Part shown: positions 40,267 through 53,420 of the stretch, one piece after another | Numbering within the stretch: the first letter of the stretch is position 1 | Layout: each line of letters opens with the position of its first letter | Assembly (NCBI GenBank): GCA_000165425.1 | Contig: CT868574.1 | Coordinates: 62,001-126,000, forward strand | Origin: Paramecium tetraurelia | Taxonomy: Eukaryota | Direction: 5' to 3' | Length of the DNA: 64,000 bases | Made by a program: the position numbers and the translations under genes | The notes under the pieces: generated by a model | Seen by the model: only the letters and a program-made list of their open reading frames with translations | Database searches by the model: none | What the model was told of the DNA's origin: nothing

Positions 40267-43200
40267 TCAGAATATATTGCATCCATCGTCTTTTTTAGTT
40301 CCTTTCTTTGGATCAGGTTTTCCTTTTGACATCATTGCAGGTGTTCTATCTTGGGATGAACTTCTTGGTTTTTGAGCATTCATTTGTTACTATTGTAATT
40401 TAGCCTTCATTTGTTATTGTTCTGAAGTATGATCTTCAAATTCTTTAATGGATTATCTGCTAATAGGCTGTGTTACAGGTTAATTTTGAGCGAATTCTAT
40501 TTAAAAATTTAGATAATTAATTTACTTTCAATTGGTGGTTTAACTTAGGTAGTTTATGTTGGTTATTTAATAGGTTGTTGTTATGAAACCTGTTATTATT
40601 AGATGTTTTTGGTCTAATTAATTGTTTTGGTCAAAATGTCAATGTGTTCTTCCTGCTTTTTAGCTTAATCTATCTATTAAGTCGGTTGAGGTGATTATTA
40701 TTATATCTATTGCTGTTATTAGGTAGTCTATTACTAAGGAATAAGATTCTCAACTGGTATTTCCCTTTTTTTCGCATCTTTATTTTTATTTTCATCATAT
40801 CCATAGACTTTGAAGCATATCTGAAATAGAAAAATAAATTATTACTGTTCCATTAATCAAATAGTTCAACTAAGTCTCCGATAGTTAATCAAATGTATGC
40901 TACTAATCATAATTATAAATTGGATTAGGATGAGCACCAGCCAACTTAAACGAATAAGAATAAATTCATACTGTTTTTGTTTTAAATGATTCTTTCTTTT
41001 TCTCCTCAACTTAGATTGAATATTCAACATATGTATCTTTGCATAGATTCTCAGGTAATCGTGCACTTTCGATTGAAACTCTGAAATCAAATCTTCTGCC
41101 AACCAATTCTGAGGGATCTTCCACTGGTGGTTCAATTCCATCTTCAATATCTTCTGATAAATTTCTTTATCCAGTTTCATCTGTTGGAATTAAATTAACT
41201 TTAAGAGTTCCGCATTAGAAGTGTTCTCCTACAAGGGTCAAATCGCAAGGATTGTCCATTAAATAAGCTAAAGCTTATAATTTAAGGAAACCAGAACCAA
41301 TTACTCTTGCTTCAGGTGGATCCCAAAAAGGATCTTAATCTTTAGGCAATTATAATAATTAGTTTGATTCAAAATATCTCTCCAATAAATCTTTTATTAT
41401 ATAATATCTATTTGAAAACTTATGTAGATCCCAATAGTATATTTATCCTTCCTCTTTGTTGTTAACCTATATTTATATTTATCCTTTCTGAGCATTTTCT
41501 TCAGTAAATTAAGAATATTCCTAGTCATCTGCATAAACATATTTCAATCTTGCTTCTAATGTAACATTACGTTTAAGTTCCTTGGCAATCAAATTGACTT
41601 CAAGTACTTTAGGCAGATACTTTTGTAATTTATTTTCAATGAAATTCTTTTCCTTAATTCTGTATTTTTTCATAGTTTCTTCATCCTCATATTACTTCCT
41701 AGCCTTTTCTCTTTATAATTATTTTTGTAATGTTTCTTCTTCTAATTTCTTCCTCTCCTCGATTAATTTCCTTTCTTCTTCAGCCATCAAAGCTCTATTC
41801 AACATATCCTTGTTTTGTTCTTCCAAAGCCTTCATCTTAATATCAAAATCTTCCTATTACTTCTTCATTTACTCCTCATACAATCTTTATTCCTCCTTTC
41901 TTTGTTCTTCTAATTCCTATTTCTTTCTTTGCATTTCCTCATGCACTTGCTTCTCTGCTAATTTCTATTGTTCCTATCTCTTTACTTCCTCCTTCTTTTG
42001 CATTTCCTACTATGCTAATTCCCAATCAATTTCAGGTCCCTATTCAACTTATTCAGATCCTGGAATTTGAACCAAAAATGTTGTTGTAGTTCCGAAAATA
42101 AGTCTGTCATTATGATTAAGCAAAGTGGGACCTGTGATAGGAGAACCATTAACAAAAATGAAATCGCCACATTCTTTAGTGAATGGACTTATTTCTATCA
42201 CCCCTTCTTTATTCGTAATAATTGCATGATTAGGTTGTACACACATAGCATTTACAACAATCTAAGGAGTTGGATTTCCATTGGGTCTTCCAACGTGGGT
42301 TTCCTCTTAATTTAACGATTTCAATATCTTTCTATTCAGTAATGGATCTTCATTCAAGTTTAATAAATGAGGATGCTCTTTGATTCCTTCATTCTATATA
42401 TCCTCGTCATCTTCTTCCTCATCCTTCTATTTTTACTTTTACAATTTGGACTCGAATGATTCCTAATTCTCTTGCATAATAGTCTCGTTGGTTTCAATAT
42501 CATCTTGGATTTAAGATAATTATTTCAACATCTCAGGATTAATAACTCCTCCTTTTAATTGTGTTTGTAACATCATCAACTGTTATTTTAGTGAATGTAT
42601 TTCTTCTTGTTATTCTCTTAACTTCTTATCGACATCACTTTCATTGACAACTGCACAATTCTTAATCTTTTTGGCTTGATCTGCGTATCTCAAAGTACTC
42701 AAGGTCTCTTCGTAGTTGTCAGTGGCAGGACTCACAGCACAAATCATCAGAGTCTTTGAGTTACCTCCCAAGGCATTTTGCAAGATTCTGGTTAATTGTG
42801 AATCTCTATATGGAACAACTGCATTCTTCCCTTTGCCCATAGCCTTGTCTGCCAAAGCTGCAATAACTTATCCCAGAACAGATAATGATTTGTTAATATT
42901 ACCAGCTATATAAACCATTATAACCAAAGCTTACCTTCTTTTAAACGATCTCCCTAAGCTCCTGTTTTCCCTACTTTTTCGGAACCTGCAAGATCAACCA
43001 AATTTATAACGGATAGCTTCTCTGATTTTCTCCCATCCACATTCTTAATTTCCTTAAACTCAATCTATATGATGGTGTGTGCTCTCGAAGATCTATTGGA
43101 TAATATGGAATAATGTACGAGGCATTCATTTAAGTTGCAGCAACAGTTCTGTGCTTGCTTCCCTCATCCATTTTAGCTTCAATGGCTTCGTAGGAATCAA

Positions 43201-43857
43201 CAGGGTATTTTGTAAGTCCTTCTACATACACTCCATAAACTTTATGTTCTCGAACTTTCAGACCTCCTGTTGGTCTTTTGGGAACTGGTACAAGTAGATC
43301 CTGGACTTTCTCATTGTAAATTTCAAGCATACTGACTTGCACCTCATAAGCTATTGATTAGGTAATCAAATCAGAATACTTAATTGAGAATCAGGATTTT
43401 TTTTAATACGCTTAAAGATCTCTTCGCATGAAATAGGCACGATACCTTTATTTGCCCCATAACCAACCATCGAATAGGATTTACCAGCCTTAATTATTAA
43501 ATGATTCTTACTCCTGTTTAACCATATGCGAATAGACAACAATGATAACCTTACCAAGCATTATTTAAAATTTCTTAACCAACTGTGTCAAACACCATTT
43601 GTTAGTCGGCGTACTTAGTTCCTGGAATAGCTCTGCTGTATCCGTTTTCATCATTCTCAAAGGAATCATGAGACCAGAAAGAATAATCAAAAGCAAAATC
43701 TCTATTTTTCTTGGGATCCTCGATATCTTGAGGTTTATATAAATTCTATACCTAATAATATTGTGGTTGGACCATTCATAGCCACACACAATTAGCAATT
43801 CAGCTCAAGTTCACGAGCATTATAAGGCCTTACTCTGACTGCCACTTTGACGGACAT
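40267..43857 (-). CDS. Kinesin-3 family motor (KIF28/KLP-6-like) with an FHA domain and a C-terminal CaaX motif
   Basis: [52 protein letters not shown] and [12 protein letters not shown] region [11 protein letters not shown]...DRLIFG. DPFWDP motif. Ends KKDDGCNIF*. Confidence 0.95.
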
Positions 43858-43911
43858 TATAATAATATAAAGATTTAATAACTTAAAAAAGTAAATATAG
43901 GAATAGTATTA

Positions 43912-45223
43912 TCAACGTAAATCGATTGTCTCTGCCCTAGTGATTCCACGATCGTTTTTAGAAGCAGATTAAGGAAATACATTCCAAAATCGAAGAGTCT
44001 CATCACCTGCTCCTGTTACTATGCTTTAACCACATGGGGAACCGCTCAAATAGAGAACTCTTTAGGTGTGGCCTGTCAGAGTAGCTACTTTAGACATATT
44101 ATTATAATTCCAAACAATTATTTAATTTAAAGAATATCCGTGCGTTGAAACTAATTCATTAGAATTCTTAGAGAACATTAAATTACACACTTACGATCCA
44201 GTGTCAATACAATCGACTTGTTCTAAGGTTTAAGTATTAAAGAATCTAATGCATCTGTCAGCAGTACCTCCTCCTGAAGCCACTATATTGTGCTGATGAG
44301 GTGACCATCCTATAGCTTTGACTGCTGCTTAGTGTTACGAGAAATGAGTGAATTCACCTTGATTCTTTAATGACCAAATAAATAATTTATTGTCATTGCC
44401 ACCAGATGCCAATAGTTGTTCATCAAATGACCACTTCAAACCACAGATTTCTTACTTATGCCCAACATATTTTTGAATTGATTCATTTGGACTTCTGACA
44501 TCTCTAACCAAAATATTACGATCTCTGCTTCCTGTGGCCAATAAATAATTGTTCCATGCCAATGACCCAATCCTTCCTTGATGTCCATTCCACTTTCTGA
44601 TGACTTTCTATTTAACAACATCCCAGACTTCAACCTCTCCCATGCTATTTCCTACTGAAAGATGTTGATTACGTTATGACCAAGCCACACTACAAACCAT
44701 ATCTGGATCTTCAAGAGTGCATAAGCGAGATACCTTGGAAGTATGACCTGACCAAATCAATACAGAATTCTCTAGTCCCACTGCCAAAGCATTAAAAGGA
44801 GACCAATCCAATAGGTTTAGATAAAAGTCATCCTACAGATTCTCAGCCTCCAAGATTTTATAAGGACGTTTGTTGATATTCCTTGGTGGTTTTTCAGGTT
44901 CAACCTTGGTTGGAGTTGCTGAATACTTTAATCCATTATTAATTATTTTATTCATTTCGTTTTGTTTGTTTTCAGTTTTATAATTGAAAAGCTTTTAATT
45001 AACTGCAGGTGATTTTCCTAGAATGGAAGACTGAAGCAAATTGTTGTAAAGTGTGCCTTAACTATTCTCTTCACTCATGAATAACTGATAGAGATTCGAT
45101 TACACATTACGAGGAATAAACTACAATTAAAAATTAAATCTATACACGATCACTCTTATCTTTTGGACTGGTCCATGACTATTTGTTGAGATCGACTTCC
45201 TTAATGGGTGTTTAATCATTCAT
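43912..45223 (-). CDS. APC/C activator of the Cdc20/Fizzy family (Cdh1/Fizzy-related-like) WD40 protein
   Basis: C-box [62 protein letters not shown] and [13 protein letters not shown]. Ends IDLR* (IR-tail variant). Confidence 0.93.
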
Positions 45224-45352
45224 TGAAAAACAAGTAAATTTGTTAATAAAATTTATCTGTTATTTATTTATATCAATAAAATATATATGTTTAATCTAAC
45301 CCCCCCCATATCTCTTCAATTTCTTATTATTATTAAATTATCCCACTTCAAA

Positions 45353-46215
45353 ATGATCAATACCATCAACATAGTCTCTCTCAGTTAACTTCTGAATAAT
45401 ATCCATTTGTCATAATCTCACATTGATGAAGCAGCCCGCTTCTACATTAGACATAGCAATGATCAAAACTCTTAATAATCTCTTTGCGAAGAGTGGTGCA
45501 ACCATTTTCACTTTGCTAAAGGAAATGTAGACGGAGATAAAGTTATCGTATCCCTACTCTATATGGCTCAAAGAGTTGTGGAATCCGTCATCAGATTCCA
45601 AGGATCATGTAAAGTGTTCATCATATTTTTCAGACACTTCAATGAGTGATGCATTAAAAAAATAAATGATCAAAGCCTTTGGTTTACTCTAAGATTACTA
45701 TTGGACCCAAGAATTAAAATCGTAAGTCAAGGACTTAATAAAATAATGGGATGAAAAACAATTATTCACAAAACCAGAAGTCTAAAGCATGCTTGAAACT
45801 ATCGAACCATCCAAAACACACAAAGAGAAATTCAAAAATCAGTTTGCCCCATCTCTGTTCCTTGTCAATTTTGCTAAAAACTATAAGGTATATAAAATTT
45901 CGAACTAATTTTCAGGAATTATAAATTCGATTGTAATAAACTAATGAATACCAATAAAGACTTGATGAACTTATTAATTGTGGAGCTTAAGACAAAATGA
46001 ATTTGTATGATTCTTTACTAGATCAATATTCCAAATCAGTTGAAAATGTTCTAAAATATAGAAAACTAGTAATCAAGGATATTCTAGATAAATTAAAAGA
46101 CTTAGATAAAACCCATTCAAAAAGTCTAATTGATATGAAATATCTTGTGTTAAGAATCTAGGATTTGAAGACTAGAAAGGAGAAGAGAATTCAAAATGAA
46201 TACTATAGTGAATGA
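45353..46215 (+). CDS. CID (RNA Pol II CTD-interacting domain) protein, RPRD/Rtt103-like
   Basis: LLNNIHLSQSHIDEAARFYIRH...EEWCNHF...SLLYMAQRVVES...LINKWDEKQLF, followed by a coiled-coil tail. Confidence 0.65.
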
Positions 46216-46248
46216 ATCAAAGAATTTAATAATTTAACTACAATACAT

Positions 46249-46954
46249 TCAAAATCTTCCCTCCACTTGTTTCTTATACATTACAAAACTGATGTTCTTC
46301 ATCTATTATTATCTTGGCGTTTGGATATGTTATCTAAAACTATTAATTTATTCGAAATCATCCTCTAGCCTTAATTATTTATTGTAATCCTTGGAAATTC
46401 ATAATTATAAAACTTACTCTTGAATAATCATCTTAAATTTTGATCTTTTTAAACGATTTACGCATACTTTCATTGAAATAAGAATCATTATCGAATTCTT
46501 GAACTTAGTAATTGTTTATTGTATTATCTGATTATTTTTTCACAGAATCAATCTACACAATATTCTCATCTGTAGATGACTATATACTAATAGTCAAGAT
46601 TTGATCTATTGGTAATAAATACGAAGTATCTATTGAATTCTTCTTTTCTTTTCGAGGACTCATTATTTTTTAACACTTTTTGATCTACTAGTTTAACACA
46701 ACATTTTATCGATTTATTAAATTTTCCTTATCCTCTATTTTGTTTCTCTGTTTTATCTTGCTATTCATAGCTAGCCTTGAGATTTAAGGTTCATTATCTA
46801 ATTATGTGTCATTTATGTTGTATCTAGATCGATGAGGACTAAATTAAGGACTGAAATTCCATTCCTTCTTTGCATCTTTGACCTTCGGAGATCTCTAACT
46901 GAATGGGAGGTCTCTTTGAGTGTAATATTCTAAATAATTGGCAAATTAGTTCAT
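46249..46954 (-). CDS. Hypothetical protein with SP motifs
   Basis: MNQFANYLEYYTQRDLPFSQRSPK...; one intron near the 3' end; ends VEGRF*. Confidence 0.65.
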
Positions 46955-47081
46955 TTAAGTTAACGGTAATATAAATTAAATAATAAATATAATAAATAAA
47001 TGTGCACTTATTTTTTATCATTCATTCTATCTATAATGATCACGTTTTGTTTCCCAATTGATGATTTTGTTCTTTAAATTC

Positions 47082-48600
47082 TCATTTCTTGTCTTACTTG
47101 ATAAGATACAAGAAAATAGTGTTTAAGATTTTCTATTAGTAATTGTAAAAGCACTTCATTTTCTTTTCTAATGTCAGAAATTGACCAAGAAAAGTTCTAA
47201 TTCATGCCAAACTATGAGGATAAGGATGATGTAATATTTTTAATAATTTCATAAAAATAACCAAAAATTTATTGATCATTGTTTCTTTTTTGATTGATGA
47301 TATTACTAATGAGAAAAATCAATGAAATTTAATGGACTTTCAGATTGAGTGAAAAATTCATTTCTAAAGCTATTTTGATGGCTGAATTAAATGTTCCTTA
47401 TGCTAGAACCATTATCTGAGGTTGAAATGATAGATTGTACCATAGATTGTTCATTAGATTCTGATTTTTTGACTTTGAATTGTTGTAATTATCTTTCAGT
47501 TTTTGGTTTTTGAGAGATTCGAAATTCAATTTAATCTGGCTCAGGTTCCTGGAATTCTGTTAGTTAGGTTACCATTTTTTAGAATTGTTGAAGAACTTTA
47601 GGAGTAGGGATTTGGTCGTCTTTGCATTATTCAAAGAGATTTTCATCATCAAATTTAATTATATCAAATTTAATCGGGCTGGGTTGCCTTTTCTATTCTT
47701 TAAAGTGTAACTCAATTTGACGATTAATATTTTATTCAACAGTAAACAATGTAAGTTGGGGGAAGATTTGGATTGCAGTAACTTCATTACACAATTTTAA
47801 CATTTGTGTTACACTTCTTCCCAATCTAAGAGTTTCAGTATAGACTTGATATAATTTCATTGAATGTTCGCTTTCCATTTACAGCATTTGATTGATGTGA
47901 GATTGTAAGTAAACTTGCACTTTAGGATAGAAGAAATAAAGATCATTTAGGAGTTGTACACAGACATATTTAGTAACATCTATGTTTTGAAATTTTGTTA
48001 AAGAAATATCTAAATCTTTGTAGATTTTGACTAAGACCTGAATGGTAGACACGATTTTGTGGATGATAAAGGTTTTTTGATATTCTTCTTTTTCTTCAAA
48101 ATCAGAAAGAGCATTTAGGAAAAACAGATAATTCTCATATCTGATTTAAAGGTATGAATAGAGGTTTTAAACGATATTGATGTGCAACTATGCAATCGGA
48201 TCTTCCGGCTTCTTTTATTACTTATTTTTGATTTTATCATAGAGATGATTGTTGCAGACAGCATCAACAAAGATGTTACATTATTTCTTTGATAATATAC
48301 ATAAAAAATTGAATATACTTCTAAGCAGTAATGCAAGACATAGCCAATTTTCAAGGCACTTATCCATTTGTTGTATTGGATTTGGCATAAGATATCGTAG
48401 AATTTATTAAATGCATCTAAAGGTAAAATCTTTTGATCTTAACCTTTTAAGCATTCGATGATAGGCTAGATAAGAATCAAAAGTACTTTCATGTATTTTG
48501 GTTTTGGAACATCCCCATTTTCACTTGAGGTACATTAGTAAAGAGAATAGTCAAATTCATCCTTTGATATTAGTGAAAGGTTTCTAAATATTTTTAACAT
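47082..48600 (-). CDS. ANTH/AP180-like N-terminal domain protein; 3' end uncertain
   Basis: MLKIFRNLSLISKDEFDYSLYQCTSSENGDVPKPKYM...KWISALKIGYVLHYCL resembles ANTH helices. The frame continues past about 47280 via a 22-nt intron. Confidence 0.55.
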
Positions 48601-49001
48601 ATTTATAATTATAATTAGTTAAATATTTCACTGCTCCTCTTCAATGAATTCAAATAGAACATTGAGGTATCCATCATTGAGCTCAAAATCTTTATTCTTT
48701 AAAAAATAACATTAATTAGATACGATTTGAGCTTTATTGCTTCAGAATAGTAAAGAAATTTGAGAAAAAAATCAGTTTTATATAATTGAGGAACGTAAAT
48801 TTAAATAGTTTGAATGAGATTTCTATTTTATTTAATTCTTTAATTCTATAATTAAACTTGATTTGGTGGTCAGTTTTTAAAGTGATTGAATTAACATAAT
48901 ATTTCTAAATTTAAATAATCATATAATTCTTTTTTCATCATTCAAATGTGTATAATGCAAAAAAATTAATTAATTAAATTGCATAAAAAAGAGAAAGAAT
49001 T

Positions 49002-50108
49002 ATGAGTGTCGAGGAAATTAAGAGACAAGTCGAGTATTATTTGTCAGATAAAAACTTATCCCAAGATGAATTCTTCCACAAATAGATCAGTCAAAGCCAA
49101 GATGGCTATCTCTAACTTTAATTTATTCTTAAGTGCAATAAGGTTAAGTAAATGAAAGTTACACAAGAATAACTTGTTGAAGCAATCAAAACATCAACTG
49201 AAGTTGAATTAGGTCCAGATCAAACAAGTATTCTTTTATCCAAAACATATTAGGTGTTAGAAGATCAAACAATAAGCCTTTACCAGAATTAAATATTACT
49301 CAAACCAATAAAAAAGTAAAGACTAACAGCGGTGAGGCAGTGGCTGCACAATAATAATAGGAAGAAAAACCTTAAGAAGAAGTCATTGACAATCCCTATC
49401 ATAATTTTGAACCACTAATTTTTACAGTCAAAGCCCCAGCAGGTATCGCAGTCAATTGGACTCAAATCACAGAGGCTCTAATGAAATAACATAATATCAG
49501 TTCTCCATATGTCAGATATGGTAAGACTGAAGGCAACTTTGCTCTATCTAAACCTAGAACACCAGAAGAAAACATAGTTCGTTTAACTTCAGAGGGTATC
49601 AAGATAGGAGAGCACTAATTGGAGATTCATGTAACAAATGGAGATGATTTAACATAATTCTGGGCACATCATGGAAAGCATTATGAGACTATTATCAAAA
49701 GAGCCAAAGAAACATTTGCTCATGGTGGTGCTGGCAAGGGAGGCAATAAGAAATACGAATAAAGAAAGTAAAAAAAGGATATTGTATTCCATAATCAAAA
49801 AGTAATTCATTTATTAATTTATTTAGTATAGAGATATTTCTTAATTGAAGAACATTTTCAAAACCATCCTAGCTAGATCTGAAAATAATACTCCATTGAA
49901 AGAACCATATCATTCAATGCTTGTGTCCTTATTGTAATACCATGATAAGAAGGACTAAAAACTTAATGGATTGAAACACTTCACTGTTGGATAGCATCCA
50001 GATCATGCTGAAACCAGATGTTTCTTTGCAGTCAAAGAAGACGGATCATCTGAGGATTTCAGCAGTCTAAAGTGCATCAAAAATTTAGAAACATCTCTAG
50101 GTTTATGA
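49002..50108 (+). CDS. La-motif protein with a central RRM-like region and a C-terminal DUF3223 (DCL/DeCL) domain
   Basis: La motif EIKRQVEYYLSDKNLSQDEFF...ILKCNKVKQM...VRR. DUF3223-type LLQYHDKKDQKLNGLKHFTVGQHPDHAETRCFFAVKEDGSSEDFSSLKCI. Confidence 0.85.
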
Positions 50109-50464
50109 GTAGCATAATAACATAATATTAATTATATCAAAAATTTAATTATATTTTAACAAAATACCTACATCTTAGTATTGAAATTCAATTCATAGTT
50201 TACAAGACATTATATTTCACCAAAGTATTCTTATTGAAATGTAACTTAGACATAATATGCGAAAATAAGTATAATTTTGAATGAAGATATTTATTATAAT
50301 TTAGTAAGAGTTTGAATCTAAGTTAAAAATTAGACTAATTCAAATAGAAACTTTAAGACAATTATATGGAAGGCTTCTAAACTTAATTTTAGTATCAATT
50401 TATATATTTTTAATAAAAATAATGTTAATCTCAAATAATTATATTTAATTTATTTTTTACTTTC

Positions 50465-51701
50465 ATGGGGTTTTTAACCTATTTTTTTAGCAATAACAAC
50501 AAAGGCGTAAATAATAAGCAGAATGAAGAAGAGGTAATTTAAATTTATATGTAGATCTGGATATATGATTTAGTTTATGAACATCTTACATCCCCAATCT
50601 GGAAAATTGCGATTATGGAATTCGTAGATGAGAATTGCATTATATTTGATGATGAAGAACAATACACGCTAGAATAAGAATAGAAATTCCAACAATTTAA
50701 GGAATTGATATCCTCTTAATTTGATAATATGTTGAATGAATATGGATTAACCAATTAGCAATTGACCAAACAAATCCTAATAGGATTGGCACATCCTCAA
50801 CATAAGAATATCTTCTAGCAGATAATAGCAATTAATGATTACAAGATTTTCAGAAAATAAATGATAACTAGAAATAAAGAATTAGAGTTAGAAGCATTGG
50901 AGGAACTCGAAAAATAGGATAGGATTTTATTATAATAATAACAACATTTGAATATTTAGTAATACATAAATATAATATTACTTAAGATAGCCAGCAGCAG
51001 AATTTGATTAGCAATTTGAATTAAAACGATTGCAAATAGAAAAAGAAAAGGCAGAATTAGAATTGGCTATTGATTTATCAAAAAAAGCAGAGGAAGAATA
51101 GAAGCGTCTTATGGAATTATAAAATGACGATTTCCTCAATAAAATTCTAGAACAAAGCTTGCAAGAATTCAAGTAACTGTATTTATGAAATAATTAAAGT
51201 GAGTTGTAAAAGAAATTGGAAATCGTTTAAAAAAGAGAATCAGAACTTAAATCATAACCCCAATACAAGTAATCCGAAATCTTCAAGTCTATCAAGAATG
51301 TTAAATATCCATCATTTACAAGTTATACTTAAAGACAAGAGGAGAAGTTCAATTAGAATCAGAATCATTTTAATTAAGAGCCTTAAAGCAGTCATATAGT
51401 TCATCAATAGGACTTTCAAAATGATTTTCATTAAATCTAATAAGCAAAGGATTTTTCATACAATCCTCCAGTAATCGAGAGGGTGAGTTCGGAACTAATA
51501 GAGGAGAGTGCTATAATACCCAATGAGGCTATGCATGATCAAAAGCAAAAGATGGAACACCAAAAAAATATCCTAATTAGAAAAAAGAATGAAATCATTA
51601 AATCTGAGTTACTGAAGTTTGAATAAGATAAAAAACCTTAAACAATAAATTAGGTAATAATCTTTTAAATTAATTCTTAGACGTAATATATAAAGAAGTG
51701 A
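50465..51701 (+). CDS. CFAP36: CFAP36/CCDC104 (BART-like ARL3 effector) ciliary protein
   Basis: WIYDLVYEHLTSPIWKIAIMEFVDENCIIFDDEE...IIAINDYKIFRKQMITRNKELELEAL and EKAELELAIDLS. Confidence 0.85.
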
Positions 51702-51823
51702 TCAGGCATATGTTATTTTATTAATAATTTAAATTATAATTATCATTTACAATTCATAAATTTTACTATCTATGACTTAATTGTTTAGTAATTTAAATAC
51801 TTTAAAAATAATTAGAGAAACCA

Positions 51824-53391
51824 ATGGGTTGTTAAGCTTCTAAAAAGTAACGTAAGACTTCTAGGGATAACCGTCCTAGTTTACTAGATGGGTCAACTGA
51901 TCTTTAAAATAAGAAACTCATAGCTGTAGAGACAAAACCATAGGAAAGAAAAAGCAAATAACCGAAATCTTTAGATAAAAACAAAGTAGTAGAACTTTTT
52001 TAAGCAGAGCATCAATAAATCTACAGAAATAAGAAATTCTAACAAGATTATTTTATTACTGAAGAAAAAGTCTTAATAAATGGATTTTAAGGAACAATAT
52101 TTGTTGTTGAGCACAAAGTTACTGGTCTTAAGAGAATAGCAAAGATTGCTAGAAATGTGTTAACAAGTAATCAAATTGCTGAATACATCGAATATTTGCA
52201 ATAACTTAAAAAAATAGTAAGTTTCATTAAAAATTTTAGGATCATCCTAATATTATAAAATTATTCGATTTTTATCATGATGAAAAACACATCTACTTAG
52301 TTGAAGAATATATAGACGGTGGAGATTTGTCGCAAAGATTAAAAACAGAAATGCATAGCTAAGAGAAAATACATGTGGCATTTGTTTTTTAGTAGGTGTT
52401 ATCAGCAATCAATTATTTACATTAATAGGACATCATACATAAGAATGTTTCATTGAATGGAGTACTAGTGGCATAAAAATCTAATCTTTTAATTAAACTA
52501 ATTGGATTAGACGATCTATTCTATATCTTCTAGGATTTCAATACTAATTTTAGTTATAGAGCTCCTGAGACTTTCGCTGAGAATTATTAATATAGTAAAT
52601 CTGCAGATATTTGGTCAGCTGGCATTATATTGTTTGAGTTGATGTATGGAATCCATCCCTTTTAAGATTCCACTCGATAATTAACTATATAAAATATTAA
52701 AAGAAATAATATCAATTAAGAGATAGATGTAAATTCTATAAGTGATGAAGCATTTAAGTTAATCAGTGATATGATCAATCCTGATCACAATATGAGACCT
52801 AGTGCTAAGGAATGTTTAAAATATAAGTTTTTTAAGACTATAAGAAAATCATCAATGAAAATAACTAGTGCATTATTAAGGGTAAAAGAATTTGAAAGTA
52901 AAAACGAATTGAGATTGATATTGTTGAGTTTAATGATAGAATATTTGATGTCAAAGGAAGAAAGAGATAAAATTGCCTAAACCTTCTACAAAATTGATCT
53001 CAATAATGATGGTAAAATATCTAAAACTGAGTTGTATTAATAATACTTTGAAAGTTCAGGTGATGAGAATTTAGCAAGAAAAGAAGTAGAAAGAATCTTC
53101 TCATAATTAGATGTCAATAAAAATTAGTTTATAGAATTCAATGAATTTTTAATCGCCTCATGCAATAAAACAGCTCTTTTCAGTGAAGAAAATCTAACGA
53201 GTTTCTTTAACAAGTTAGATAGAGACCATAGTAAATAAATATCTGCCAATGAACTTAAGGTCTTTTTTTATAATACTCAATTATCTTAATCTGATTGGCA
53301 ACGAGTAATCCAATTGGGAGAAAAAAAAGAAGAAACGAATAATAAGATTTCGTATTAAGAGTTCATCTCTTTATTAACTGAAAATGATTGA
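51824..53391 (+). CDS. CDPK-like kinase-EF-hand protein with degenerate catalytic motifs (pseudokinase)
   Basis: MGC N-terminus. DHPNIIKLFDF, YRAPE and ADIWSAGIIL are retained. HRD is replaced by HKN and DFG by GLD. Junction region plus EF hands DLNNDGKISKTE and DVNKNQFIEFNE. Confidence 0.88.
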
Positions 53392-53420
53392 ATAGATATA
53401 TGTGTACTCGTATTATTTTA

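Noticed and set aside
41582..42070. 162-aa Ser/Phe-rich + strand ORF
   Set aside because: Antisense of the Glu/Lys/Gln-rich coiled coil of the kinesin.
48520..48897. Minus-strand ORF starting at 48897 that overlaps the start of the ANTH-like gene
   Set aside because: No recognisable motif and it overlaps a better-supported frame. Long ORFs arise easily by chance when TGA is the only stop.
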